A stretch of 44,452 nt of DNA from Octopus bimaculoides. Its lineage: Eukaryota. The stretch is taken from positions 104,154,305 through 104,198,756 of the forward strand of contig NC_068984.1 of NCBI RefSeq assembly GCF_001194135.2, written 5' to 3'. Made by a program: the position numbers and the translations under genes. Shown here in pieces: positions 1 to 10,149 of the stretch. The first letter of the stretch is position 1. Every line of letters begins with the position of its first letter. Below the pieces are notes generated by a model. It saw only the letters and a list, made by a program, of their open reading frames with translations. It was not told the origin of the DNA and searched no databases.

Positions 1-24
1 TATATATATATGTATATATATATG

Positions 25-59
<35 letters not shown>

Positions 60-96
60 GTATATATATATGTATATATATATATATATATATATA
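1..96. repeat. (TA)n/(TATATG)n microsatellite
   Basis: Direct reading; it produces the spurious MYIYMYIY ORF. Confidence 0.98.
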
Positions 97-97
97 A

Positions 98-232
98 TGG
101 ACTTCTTTCATTTCCATCTAAATCCAAAGGCTTTTGGTTGGCCTGGGTATAGAAGTCTTTTGGTCAAAGTGCTATGTGGTGACACAAAACCATGTGGTTG
201 GGAAGCAAAACTTTTTAAGCACACAGCCAGGC
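98..232 (+). mobile_element. SINE-like dispersed repeat fragment (AACCATGTGGTTGGGAAGCAA family)
   Basis: Related copies at ~545-665, ~18095-18230, ~20775-20915 and, reversed, at ~42770; resembles an Octopus-type SINE from memory. Confidence 0.65.
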
Positions 233-544
233 TTGTGCATATAATTGATTGTGCCCATGTGTGTAGCTCCAAGTAAGCCAATATATTCATTCATGCATTT
301 TCCATGCTGGCATAGGTTAGATGAATATATTATTGAGGTATTGCTTTAAAAACAGATACTCTTTCTCTCATTGAACTTCCTTTAACCATTTTTCAAGTTA
401 GTGATTTCTTAGACCACATGGCTTCAAATGTGCAAGGTAGCTGATGATTTGTTGACAAGAGAAACAATATCAATACCAGTACATTAAGAGTTTCATAGAA
501 GCAAGCAACATGTAAACAAGCATATATACATAAATACCCACACA

Positions 545-665
545 CAATGTTCTATCAACCAAATCCACTCACAAGGTTTTGGTCAGCCTGGGGCATTAAT
601 TGAAAATTCTTGCCTAAGATGCTGAACTCAAAACCATGTGATTGGGAAGTAACATTTTAACCTCA
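545..665 (+). mobile_element. SINE-like fragment, same family as 98-232
   Basis: CAAATCCACTCACAAGG...TTTGGT...AAAACCATGTGATTGGGAAG aligns with 98-232. Confidence 0.6.
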
Positions 666-914
666 TGTGGAGAGTGGGAAGAGGCATACTTAAAAGGATG
701 CTGTTTCTGAAGGGTCATGGGTGAAGGATACTTGCAGAGCTCCAACCAGTCAGCTGACTTGAAGTGCAATAGGATTCAGAAAAGGAGGATGTTCAGTAGT
801 TAGACAATGTAATAGATGCAGACAGGCATAGGGAGTGAGAAAGATCAAGGGTGTGTTGGTCCTCAACATGAGTAGATGATGAAACAAGTTGATGTGAAGA
901 GATGAAAATAGCAA

Positions 915-1913
915 AGGATGTAGGTAAAGTAAATAGTAGTGGTCTACACTTACTGCAGCCATGTTCAAACCTGGGTCTTGTGATAGGCAATACTGTTCCA
1001 CCAGAAAATCCAGTATAAAATTTCCTGGACCCACCCTCAGTCTAAACAGGGCCATTTTATCAACTTTTGTCATAATACAGACACATGACATTTGTGACTG
1101 CTGTAACATTGGTGAATGTTGAAAAACTCCAAGACCAAGCAATATCTTCAACTTATTGTGAAGTTCTAGCAAATTCATCACCTGATGGTTCATGGTCAGA
1201 TCTCAAACAGACATGCAGAAGTACAAAAAGCAGAGACTCTTTTCTAGCAAAAGCCTTAGACACAGTGATTAGAAATGCATTGTGGAGAATATTGAGAAAG
1301 TTGAGGTGCCTACCTAACTTTGTTGATATGTTTGTCAAACTTCAAACTGGTACAAAGGCCTCTTCAACTCAAATGTTTTTGGGCAATGGTGTTAAATAGA
1401 TATATCTGTACCAACTTAATTCCCTATATACTTTACTGTTGTTATTTCTCATGTATTTAAGTACTGTGAATTGGGCATCTTTGTCTACTATTACTACAGA
1501 TAAACTTGAATTTCAAAGCTCAACTGAATAGCTTTTATAACTCTTGTTATATGCTGATGATTGTGAAAATTGTGGCTCACTCAGAGTAATGCATTCAGAA
1601 AGTAATGAACCTCTTCACTAGTCCCTGTACTGCTTTTGGACTTCTAATACACCTGAAGAAAGCTAAGGTAATTACATTTGCTCCTGATATGACCTATGTA
1701 GAACCAAATATATTTGTCCAACAGACTTGACACAGTGGATTGTTTTATGTATCTTAGCAGCTCTGTCTGCATTAAGCTATGCTACTTGTGTCATACCATT
1801 CCTGCTCTGCTCATCTGAGACATGGATCCTGTGTCAATGACATCAAAATACTCGAGAGTTTATCGGAAGTGTCTAAGGCATACATCAAACATCAGTAGGA
1901 AATTTTTTACACC
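915..1913 (+). mobile_element. Degraded RTE-clade LINE ORF2, part 1 (endonuclease C-terminus plus RT fragments, internal deletions)
   Basis: Frameshifted translations: VGKVNSSGLHLLQPCSNLGLVIGNT, SWTHPQSKQGH, LAKALDTVIRNALWRILRKLRCLPNFV, LLYADDC (YADD at 1550-1561), CTAFGLLIHLKKAKV, SETWIL, KCLRHTSNISRKFFTP. Confidence 0.88.
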
Positions 1914-3855
1914 TATAATGGAATTGAAGGTTTATGATACCTGTAGAGTATCTCCTTCTCCCATTATAATAATTTGTGTAGCTTCAGGGAGCTGGAACGG
2001 GTTGCCGATTTGTGACATCCGTGTGAAGCAAGGTGATGAGAATGGCTCTTTAGTACATCACACAATCGATACAATAAATAGAAATAGAACAATGCATATA
2101 TGTGCCAGAGGGAAATAAGAGACACAACTGGGTAGCATGTTTAAGAGAAGATTTATTGATATGTTAATGTATGTGCATTATATATACAGAATAATAGACA
2201 GGCCATCATAAGAACAAGATGTATGCGTGTGTATATAGGCATAGATGTATGCGTGTTAAGAATATATAAGGATGGCGATGGAGAAGAGACAGTGGAAGAA
2301 TCTATAGCCATCGAAGTGAGGAGTAAGTTCATAGACACAAGAATGATAAATACCAGTTCGTAGTCAATTGTACATGATAGTTGAAAAACTGTATCAAGAA
2401 GTTGCGGTGGTGATGCAGAGCCGGTTGTGGTACATGTCATACGTGAAGTTGTGGCTGTAATGCTGCTGCCTGGGTCACTTCGTACAGGAGTTCTCGCAGG
2501 TTATATATTCACTATTGATCCATAGTGAAGTAATTCAGTAACAGTGCAGTGTTGTAACCAGGGTGAGTACGTAGAGAAATGTTGACGTTAGGACAAATGG
2601 TGGTGACAGAGATGGAGATCGCTGAATGCTGTTGGATGAAGTTGGTGAGTCTCCACGTGGCTGCTGTTGTGTTGTCGCTGGAACTGGCTGTGTCTTGTGT
2701 GGTCAGTGGCTAGACCTTAAAAAGTCTGGAACTGAAAGACCTCAAGACAAGGAAAAGTTAGGTTTTTATAAGGAGTTGTAGGCTCAAAGCTGGGTAGAAA
2801 ACAGGCTGTCACACAAGACCTTATTTGAAGGCTGCGATTGGTTGGGTTGCATATTGGCATGGATAGAGTAAGAGACAAATTGCACCAATACCAACCAATC
2901 AGAATAGTGGACACAACAGGGTCCAAAATGTGGCCAAAGGCTAGCTGTTTGTTATCTACCACATTCATATGTATATATAATAGAGAGGAGAGGAATTTCA
3001 CTCAAGTGTACGCTACAGATAGCCCCTCACCAGTCATTTTGTGGGAGACAAAATAGACGATAAAAGGAAGATATTTCTGTAGCGAAGAAGTGAAATTAGA
3101 AAGAACGGTTGGTCATTAAAGTAGAATGAAAGCTGGCACTGAACTATGGAAGGAAATGCATATTCTAAGTCAGGTGAGCCATTTTGTAATGGAATGTTTG
3201 TTCATTTGGCTGAGAATGCAAGCAAAGACTGCCATTCTGTAGTTCGGGTGTGGCATCTACAACGATAAAGCTTGCGGCTGCCGAAATCCTTTTTCCGTCA
3301 GGTTTACCATTTTATAATGGAAATGAAGGTTGTTTTGTAGTTTCAAAGAGCTGGAACGGGTCGCCGTTTTATAATGGAATTGAAGGCTTGTGATACCTGT
3401 GGAGTATCGCCTTCTTCCATTACAATTATTTCTGTAGTCTTAAGGATCTGGAACACAAAGGAGTTTACAAGCTGAGTGCAATCCAATAGTCATTTATTTT
3501 TTGTTCTCATTCATGTGGCTCGCTCCCAGTGACCATCTGTATGGCAGCGTGTGGTTCATTATGGCTCTGTTCACGTGAGGTTCATTACCTCTGGAAATAA
3601 CAGGTGAAGTTAGAGTGGGATAAGAGTCTGCTGTGAGCTGCCAGCTTCACAGTGTTTCTAAGTGTAAGCAAGAAGGAAGAAAGAGAAAGAATATCTTAAT
3701 TCTCCTGTGTAAATAGTTGTTGCCATGGAGAGTCTCGCTGTCGTCTTGCATGTGGCAAATGGTTGCAGGCAAAATCTCGCTCCTGTCTCAGACATGGTAA
3801 TGGCTACTGGTGAGATCTCGTACAAAATGGCACTAGTTTCTTGTGCTTCACTACA
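1914..3855. mobile_element. LTR-like insertion A (about 0.93 kb once nested LTR B is removed; probable solo LTR)
   Basis: Flanked by CACC direct repeats (1910-1913, 3856-3859). Termini are TATAATG (TG>TA) and CACTACA. Removing it rejoins the RTE frame (KFFT-PDTEVLER). Confidence 0.75.
2011..3017 (-). mobile_element. Solo LTR B nested in insertion A
   Basis: TGT...ACA termini; near-TSD GATT/GATA (2007-2010, 3018-3021). On the minus strand: CCAAT near 2836, TATAAAA at ~2761-2773, AATAAA at 2152-2157. No coding signal. Confidence 0.68.
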
Positions 3856-4032
3856 CACCTGACACAGAAGTGCTGGAAAGGCTGGCTGTCTCAGTATGAA
3901 AGCTCATCTTACTAAGTATCTTATTTGATGGGTTCGTCATATCTTTGTAGATCATTGCAAAATAAGGTGGGAATGAAGGCTGATTGTCAAAAGGAAATGG
4001 TTTCAGGGAGAGAAAGGAATAAAAAGAGGAAT
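3856..4032 (+). mobile_element. Degraded RTE LINE ORF2, part 2 (C-terminal domain)
   Basis: PDTEVLER-AGCLSMKAHLTKYLI*WVRHI matches the RTE post-RT pattern PDTEVLERAG...QLRWxGH and continues part 1. Confidence 0.78.
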
Positions 4033-4268
4033 TGTTACAAAAAAGAAAAATTATATTCAGGTAATTTCTCAAAAATAGTGAACTTGGCAACATAAAGAAG
4101 GTGGAATGGTACTGTGAATTCGGAAATAACAAGAGTCCAGTCGAAAAGAACAAAAGAGATAATAAAGATAAAAAATAAATCACTAGACTGATGAATAAAA
4201 GAAGGGCTCACCAAAAGAAGTCTACACATTTCAGAAGTAAATGAAAGAACTGTTTACTTATTCCATAA
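4033..4268 (+). repeat. Truncated 5' LTR remnant of the Gypsy element
   Basis: Starts TGTTACAA. Blocks match 6173-6245 and ~6617-6835 (roughly 80-85% identity by eye) with internal deletions. Confidence 0.8.
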
Positions 4269-5900
4269 GTGCTTAGATGGCACTCAGGTGTTGCAGTTAA
4301 GGCAGCTGCTTGTGAGATATACTGACGTGTTCTCTGCAGGAGGCCTAGACCTTGGTTGCATAGACCTGGTGGAGCACCATATTGACACTGGAGGTCATCG
4401 CTCAATCAAGCAACCAGCTCAGAGGATAGCCCCAGTTCAATGACATGAAAAGGAAGCAGTGATGGAAGAATATCAACACCAGGGAGTAGTAGAAAAATCG
4501 AGCAGTCCTTGGTCATCGGCAGTTGTTTTAGTACAGAAGGAAGATGGTACAGTGAGACGTTGTGTGGATTATAGAATGCTGAATGAAGTGACAGTGAAGG
4601 GTGCGTATCCCTTGCCAAGAATTAATGACAGACTTGATGCTTTAGCAGGGGCCAAGTGGTTCTCTACTTCGAATATGAAAACCAGATACCAAAAAAGATA
4701 GGGAGAAGACTGCATTTTCATATGGATGGGGTTTGTGACAGTTCAATGTAATACCATTTGGCTCATGCAACGCCCCTGCAACATTCAAGCACCTCATGGA
4801 TCGGGTACTGGAGGGCCTACACTGGCAGGCAGCCTGCATCTATCTTGATGATGCCATTGTATTTGGCAAAACACTCAATCAGGAATTGAAGAGGTTGTCA
4901 AAAGTATTTGAGAAGTTTCAAGCTGCACATCTCAAGTTGAGCCTGAAGAAGTGCTGTTTATTCTTGAAAGAAGTGAAATACCTGGGACATGTGGGTGAAG
5001 ACAGTATCCATACTGATCCAGAGAAGGTAGCAGCTGTGAAGGATTGGCCAGTTCCTACTTGTATAAAGGAATCAAGGAGTTTCCTAGCACTGTGTACCTA
5101 TTACAGGAGCTTTGTAAAAGACTTTGCAACAGTGGCTGCATTGTTGCACAAGCTGTTGAGAAAGAGCCAAAAATTTGAATGGACTACAGTGACACAGAGT
5201 GCTTTTGACAAACTCAAACATGCACTAGTAAGTTCCTCTGTGTTACCATACCTAGACCTGAGCCAGCCATTCATCCTGAACTGTGACACCGATGACCATG
5301 GTATTGGTGGAGTACTGGCTCAGAAGAAGGGTTACAAAGAATATGTGGTGGCGTATTACAGTAAGAAGCTTAGTCCACCAGAGCAAAACTACTGTGTGAT
5401 TCATAAGGAGCTTTTATTGGTAATGAAGAGCATTGACTTTTGCCATCCATAACTGCATGGTTCCAACTTTACCATCAGAACAGATCATGCAGCACTCAAG
5501 TGGCAGAAGTCACTGAAGAATCTGGAGGGACAATTAGCATGCTGGCTAGAGAAACCTCCAGCTATATGAAACATCTGCAAGAGAGACTGACAGAGGCACA
5601 CCAGCAAGTTAGGGAAGCTCTGAAGTTTTCAGGTGAAAGGAGGAAATGTTGGCATGACGCCAGGGTTAGTGAGATCAACTTTAAGGAGGGTGATGAAGTG
5701 TGATTTCATAACCCCCAGCAGAAGAGGGGACAGTCGCCAAAGCTGCAGAGTCCATGGGAAGGATCCTATACTGTGATGAATCACCTGTCTGATGTGACGT
5801 ACCAGATTCAAGAAAGCGAGAGGTCTCATCCTAAAATTGTGCATATGAACTGTCTGTGGAAGTACCATGAGTCTGGACAGTTCAGCTGGGACCCCCTTCA
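4262..5900 (+). pseudogene. pol: Gypsy pol pseudogene (RT and RNase H; integrase core deleted; post-integrase C-terminus kept)
   Basis: SSSPWSSAVVLVQK, RCVDYRMLNEVT, AYPLPRI, PFGSCNAPATF, YLDD (4841-4852), KEVKYLGH, FILNCDT, VVAYYSKKL, IRTDHAALKW. It then jumps at ~5555 to HLQERLTEAH...KLQSPWEGSY...IVHMNCL. Stops and frameshifts are present. Confidence 0.92.
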
Positions 5901-6172
5901 GAGGTTGGACACATCTGTTGACAAAGGTACTGGGGAGGACCAAGGAGAATAAGCGCAAGAGCAAGACAGAGTAAGGAAGAACTATGAGAGGAAGAAGTAA
6001 ACCAAAAAAAAAAAAATGAGATGCAGTGGGAACAGATTTAAGTGGGGACCTCGGAAGTGGCAAAGGAAAAAAAAAACCCTTTAAACCCAAGGATTATTTT
6101 ATGTATAATTAATGAATAGTTGTAAATGTTGTGTACTTTTGTCGGGTCAACAAATGTTTAGGGAGGAGGTAA

Positions 6173-7028
6173 TGTTACAAACAAAGAAAATTATAGAAAT
6201 AATACAACTACTTCAAAGAAAATTATATTCAGATAATTTCTCATTCGTGCAACACAAATTAGAACACCGCTCTCTGCTTTTGCAAGCGAAGATGAAAAAA
6301 TTATTCTTTGTGGTCATGTGACTGTTTGAAGCGTAGGCAGTATGATTTTGGCATGCTTTTACAGTGTGGGCGAAGTATAAAGAATACTATTTCCCACATG
6401 GTAAGTTAGTTCATGCCGGAAGATGATGTGTGATGTGCTGGAAGCCAATGTGAATGGTTTTATGTGGTAGTCAGTGCCATGCAGTCGATGTGGGCGATAG
6501 TACCGGGCAATTTTGTATGGAACAGTTGACATAGTATTTAGTGTAGAGTGAATATTTGGTGTAGAGTGTGAAGTTGGTTTTAATGTGAACGGTGGAAAGC
6601 CTTGAACTGGCTGTGAAAATAGTGGACTTGGCAATGTCAAAAAGGCAGAATGACACTGTGAATTCAGAAGTAACAAGAGTCCAGTCGAAAAATTTAAAAA
6701 AAGAGATGAAAAAGATAGAAAATAAATCATTAGACTGATGAATAAGAGAAGAGCTCACCAAAAGAAGTCTACACATTTCTGAAGTAAATGAGAGAACTCT
6801 CAAAAAACACTCTAAAGAACATTTATTCCATAAATGTTATTAGCCTCTTAATTAAAGTTCTTTTATTTTGGTTATACTCAACGGTTTTGTTATTTTCAAC
6901 TCTTCTGACTTCTGCTTCTTCTGCTCTAAGCAAGTTGGTTTGCTGAGCTTACCTATGTGGTCTTCTGAGCTATTGGACACGGACTGTTGTGTTGTAGGTG
7001 GTTTTGATAGGTCACATGCAGCGTAACA
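6173..7028 (+). repeat. 3' LTR of the Gypsy element (856 bp)
   Basis: Directly follows the polypurine tract; 6-bp inverted termini TGTTAC/GTAACA; homologous to 4033-4268. Confidence 0.8.
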
Positions 7029-7174
7029 ATTTGTAGTTTTGCTCTCCTACAATTACATTGGCATAATAGTACCATAGAAGATGTAGGAAGATGAGAGTGG
7101 GATGGGCTTGAAAGAATCAAACTGGGTACAGGACACAGCTGTGTCTATAGACATAAACATAATGCTCTTAGGAC

Positions 7175-7430
7175 CAGTTTTCCACAACAGGTCTTCTTGA
7201 GCACAGCATATCACCAATCATCTCAGTCTTTTGTCACTTATTCTATGAGTCGACATCTTGAGATCAGTCATCACTACATCATCCCACATCTTCTTGGGTC
7301 TCCCTCTTCAACACTTTCTATTCACATTTAATGATCAGGACTTCTTTACACAGCTACCCTCATCTATATATGCATTACATGAACATACCAGCACACTATA
7401 TCTAATTTCATCACTTATAGTCAATGTCAT
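7175..7430 (-). mobile_element. 3' end fragment of an RTE-X-like LINE
   Basis: Minus-strand translation WYVHVMHIDEGSCVKKS...RGRPKKMWDDVVMTDLKM, a typical LINE ORF2 C-terminus. Confidence 0.75.
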
Positions 7431-7539
7431 CATTTCATTTATAATACAATAAACATCGTAACTTGTCAGATTTTTGCCTCTTAAAAGCACAGAATTGGAA
7501 GAGCATTCAAACAACATACTTTTTAAAACTTACCATTTA

Positions 7540-7770
7540 TCTTTTACTTGTTTCAGTCAGCGGTACTGGCAACAAACTCATTCGAATGTCTTTTCACGTG
7601 CCACTGGCACAAGTGCCAGGAAGGCGACATTGGTAACAATCATGCTCAAATGGTGCTATTTACGTGCCACCTGCACAGAAGCCAGACAGCTGGTGCTCTG
7701 GCAACAATCATGCTCGGACGGTGCTCTTAGTGATCTACTGGTACAGGTACCATCACGAGTGATAATAAAA
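7540..7770 (+). mobile_element. SINE-like repeat with internal subrepeats
   Basis: Internal duplications (TGG[T/C]AACAATCATGCTC..ATGGTGCT twice; CACGTGCCAC-like twice); GC-richer than its flanks. Confidence 0.55.
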
Positions 7771-8479
7771 TTAAAATAAAATAAAACTGAAGGTGGCTTT
7801 TACTAAGCAGTAGATGAAGTGTGTCAATGGATTAAAATAAAATATATAAATAAATTTACAAGGGACTGTCTTTATTGCTATATCTTTTTTTTTCACCCTA
7901 CATATCTGTTTTGAATTATCTATTACCTTTATGCATTCTGGTTCTTTGGCTCCAAGTGACCTTTATGAACTCCAGTAGCCATTAACTATTAGACTACAGT
8001 CTTAGTTTCTTTCCTGTATTTTATGTATATTTCTTATTTACTTTTACTTTTGATATTTAAACACACTCATCTCACATTATACCCTTACCAATTCTCTTAC
8101 TTTATTTAGTCATTAGATTTTTACTGCTGATGTGTATTTATTAAATCCACTACTAAGAAAATATACTAACTTAGCTGCACTTTCTAGCAAAAACCTAAAT
8201 GACAATCCTTATCTGCTATCTAGATGCATCAGCTTATCCCCCATTATATTTTTGATATATTAAATATTAAATTATTTATACCCACGCAAATGCTATAAAT
8301 CTTTCCACATTCCAGTTATATACTTTCCATAACTATACTTTATATTGGATACTGCATGACCTCCTTGGATTAATGTTGCCACTTTGTAGCTTTTACAATT
8401 ATTATATTATTTTAATCATCCCCAAAAATATTACAATCAATTCTCTATCTATTTCTCAAAGTATACTGACTTGTTATAA

Positions 8480-8899
8480 TCAGTACTCCACATATTACAA
8501 ATTTAGTTTTGAGAGAATAAATTTAACCATCTTACACATCAACCCCAGTCCTCAGCTAACACTTATTTTACTGACCCCAAAAGAATGGAGGGCAAAGTTG
8601 ACCTTGGCAGAATTAGAACTTAAAACATAAAGATGAATGAAATGCCGCTAAGCATTTTGCCCGGTATGCTAACAATTCTGCCAACTCATCGCCTTAATAG
8701 TAGTAATAATAATCCTTCCCCAGTGTTTCACTGGTACGTAATTTATCAACCCAGAATGGATGAAAGGCAAAGTAGACCTCGGCGGAATTTGAACTCAGAA
8801 TGTAAAGACGGATGAAATGTAACTAAGCATTTTGCCCAGTGTACTAACGATTCTGCCAGCTCACCGCCTTGGGTGATGATGATGATGATAATGATAATA
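8480..8899 (+). mobile_element. Two tandem SINE copies with (TAA)n and (GAT)n tails
   Basis: CCCCAGT...GGCAAAGT(T/A)GACCT(T/C)GGC(A/G)GAATT...CTAAGCATTTTGCCC...TTCTGCCA.CTCA.CGCCTT occurs at ~8543-8710 and ~8718-8899. Confidence 0.8.
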
Positions 8900-9067
8900 T
8901 GCCCTGATGCAGTACCAGCCAGTGGCTCTCATGGCTTCTGATCTTAACTGATTACAAGTGTTATGTACATTGTTTTGTCTTGATATAAAAGATGGGCTAC
9001 AGCAAATATTCTGCTCAATACCACAGATTTGCTTGTCAGCTGTTTGACCTTAACCAGTTGAGCATGG

Positions 9068-9255
9068 TTGAAAAACAACATCAAAAAATACCTTAGGAAT
9101 GAGAACCCAGGTTCGAATTTTCCCCAAGACACCTGATGAAGGCTGGAGGGTATATCAGCCGAAATGTTGTGTTAACAACAAACAAGATGAAGACAAATAT
9201 CCATCAATTGTAAATAATGTACATAATTCCTCACCTCTTAAATATAGAACTGTAC
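9068..9255 (+). mobile_element. Penelope-like-element terminal-repeat fragment carrying a hammerhead motif
   Basis: Contains ACACCTGATGAAGG...CCGAAA.GTT, the ribozyme signature of Penelope-like terminal repeats; no ORF nearby. Confidence 0.6.
9128..9173 (+). ncRNA. Minimal type-I hammerhead ribozyme motif (probably mutated)
   Basis: Stem I GACAC/GTGTT; CTGATGA at 9133-9139 plus an extra A; stem II GGCTGG/TCAGCC; GAAA at 9161-9164; vestigial stem III TG-T-T. Confidence 0.72.
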
Positions 9256-10149
9256 ATTAAATTTATTCCTTGAGTTTATGTCTTCATTTTATTGTGGCAT
9301 ATTTAATTCTAATTTCAGTTAAAATTACAGTGTTTCATGCCTTTTCCTAAACCCGATCTGATCAATATCAATCATCCAGATTAAGCTAACCTCTCTTCAA
9401 TATATAGATAATTTTAACTTCTAAAAATTGATAGCCTGCTATATGATGTTTCATTTGGAGCCCTTAAGTCATTATAATAAACGTAGTCTAACAATTTATG
9501 TGGGGTTTAAAGGAGAGCTGAAAATATTCAGAGACAATGTTAAGAATATGATTTTAAAAAAGCACCACTACTACCCCAAAAAGGAAGAAAGAAAATAAAA
9601 AGGCTATCAGTAGCAGCTTAGTGACTATCTGTAAATTAGAAGGTAACCAAGCACTACTTTAAAACTTTCAGCTCGTTAAAGCTTCTATTAAATCAAATCT
9701 TAAAGAGCATTCTTAGATAAGGAAGGAGTGGGGGACTATCTGACCTTGAATTGAATCCATCAGATCATTTTTGTGTTAAATATATACCATGCTGGTGAGA
9801 GAATATGATTACATTGATATATCTATTTTAAAATTGGATATAGAATTACAAGCTACTGAAAATATATTATCTCAGTGTGGTAAATTCGTGTATGTTCAAG
9901 TTAAAAGTTTTCAATTCTATCAGATAGGGTTGCAACATGTGAAGTGTTGGAGACTCTGGGATTACATTAAGGAAAGAGAAAAGTGCAGTCCCTTTACTAG
10001 ATTAGGTTTATGTTGAAGATGTATATATATTTTTTAAATGCTTAGAACTTTTAATAATTTTTTGCCTTAAATAGCCCTAACTTATCAATTAAAAAGAGAA
10101 ATAGAAAATGATCATTTGTAGATGAATTTCAAATAACAAAAAAAAAAAA

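Larger units (their letters stand above)
4033..7028 (+). mobile_element. Internally deleted Ty3/Gypsy LTR retrotransposon
   Basis: 5' LTR remnant 4033-~4268, pol remnant, PPT AGGGAGGAGGTAA at 6160-6172, 3' LTR 6173-7028 with TGTTAC...GTAACA termini. No matching TSD found. Confidence 0.88.

Noticed and set aside
10-276. 88-aa ORF starting MYIYMYIY
   Set aside because: Translation of the TA microsatellite plus a SINE fragment.
3658-3858. Minus-strand text vaguely like an integrase (CxxC, PWQQL, FLLAY)
   Set aside because: The motifs are scattered over different frames and out of order, and the region is better explained as part of TSD-bounded LTR A.
3990-4032. Purine-rich stretch before the 5' LTR that looks like a second PPT (tandem provirus)
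   Set aside because: It continues the RTE C-terminal coding sequence, so the resemblance is probably coincidental.
9110-9118. GGTTCGAAT (also GGTTCGAT at 16467) as a tRNA T-loop
   Set aside because: No cloverleaf or convincing A-box around either site; not a tRNA gene.
9789-10016. ORF with ISILKLDIE, reminiscent of FkbM-type methyltransferase or RT motifs
   Set aside because: One short motif only, no supporting exons or splice context; probably chance.
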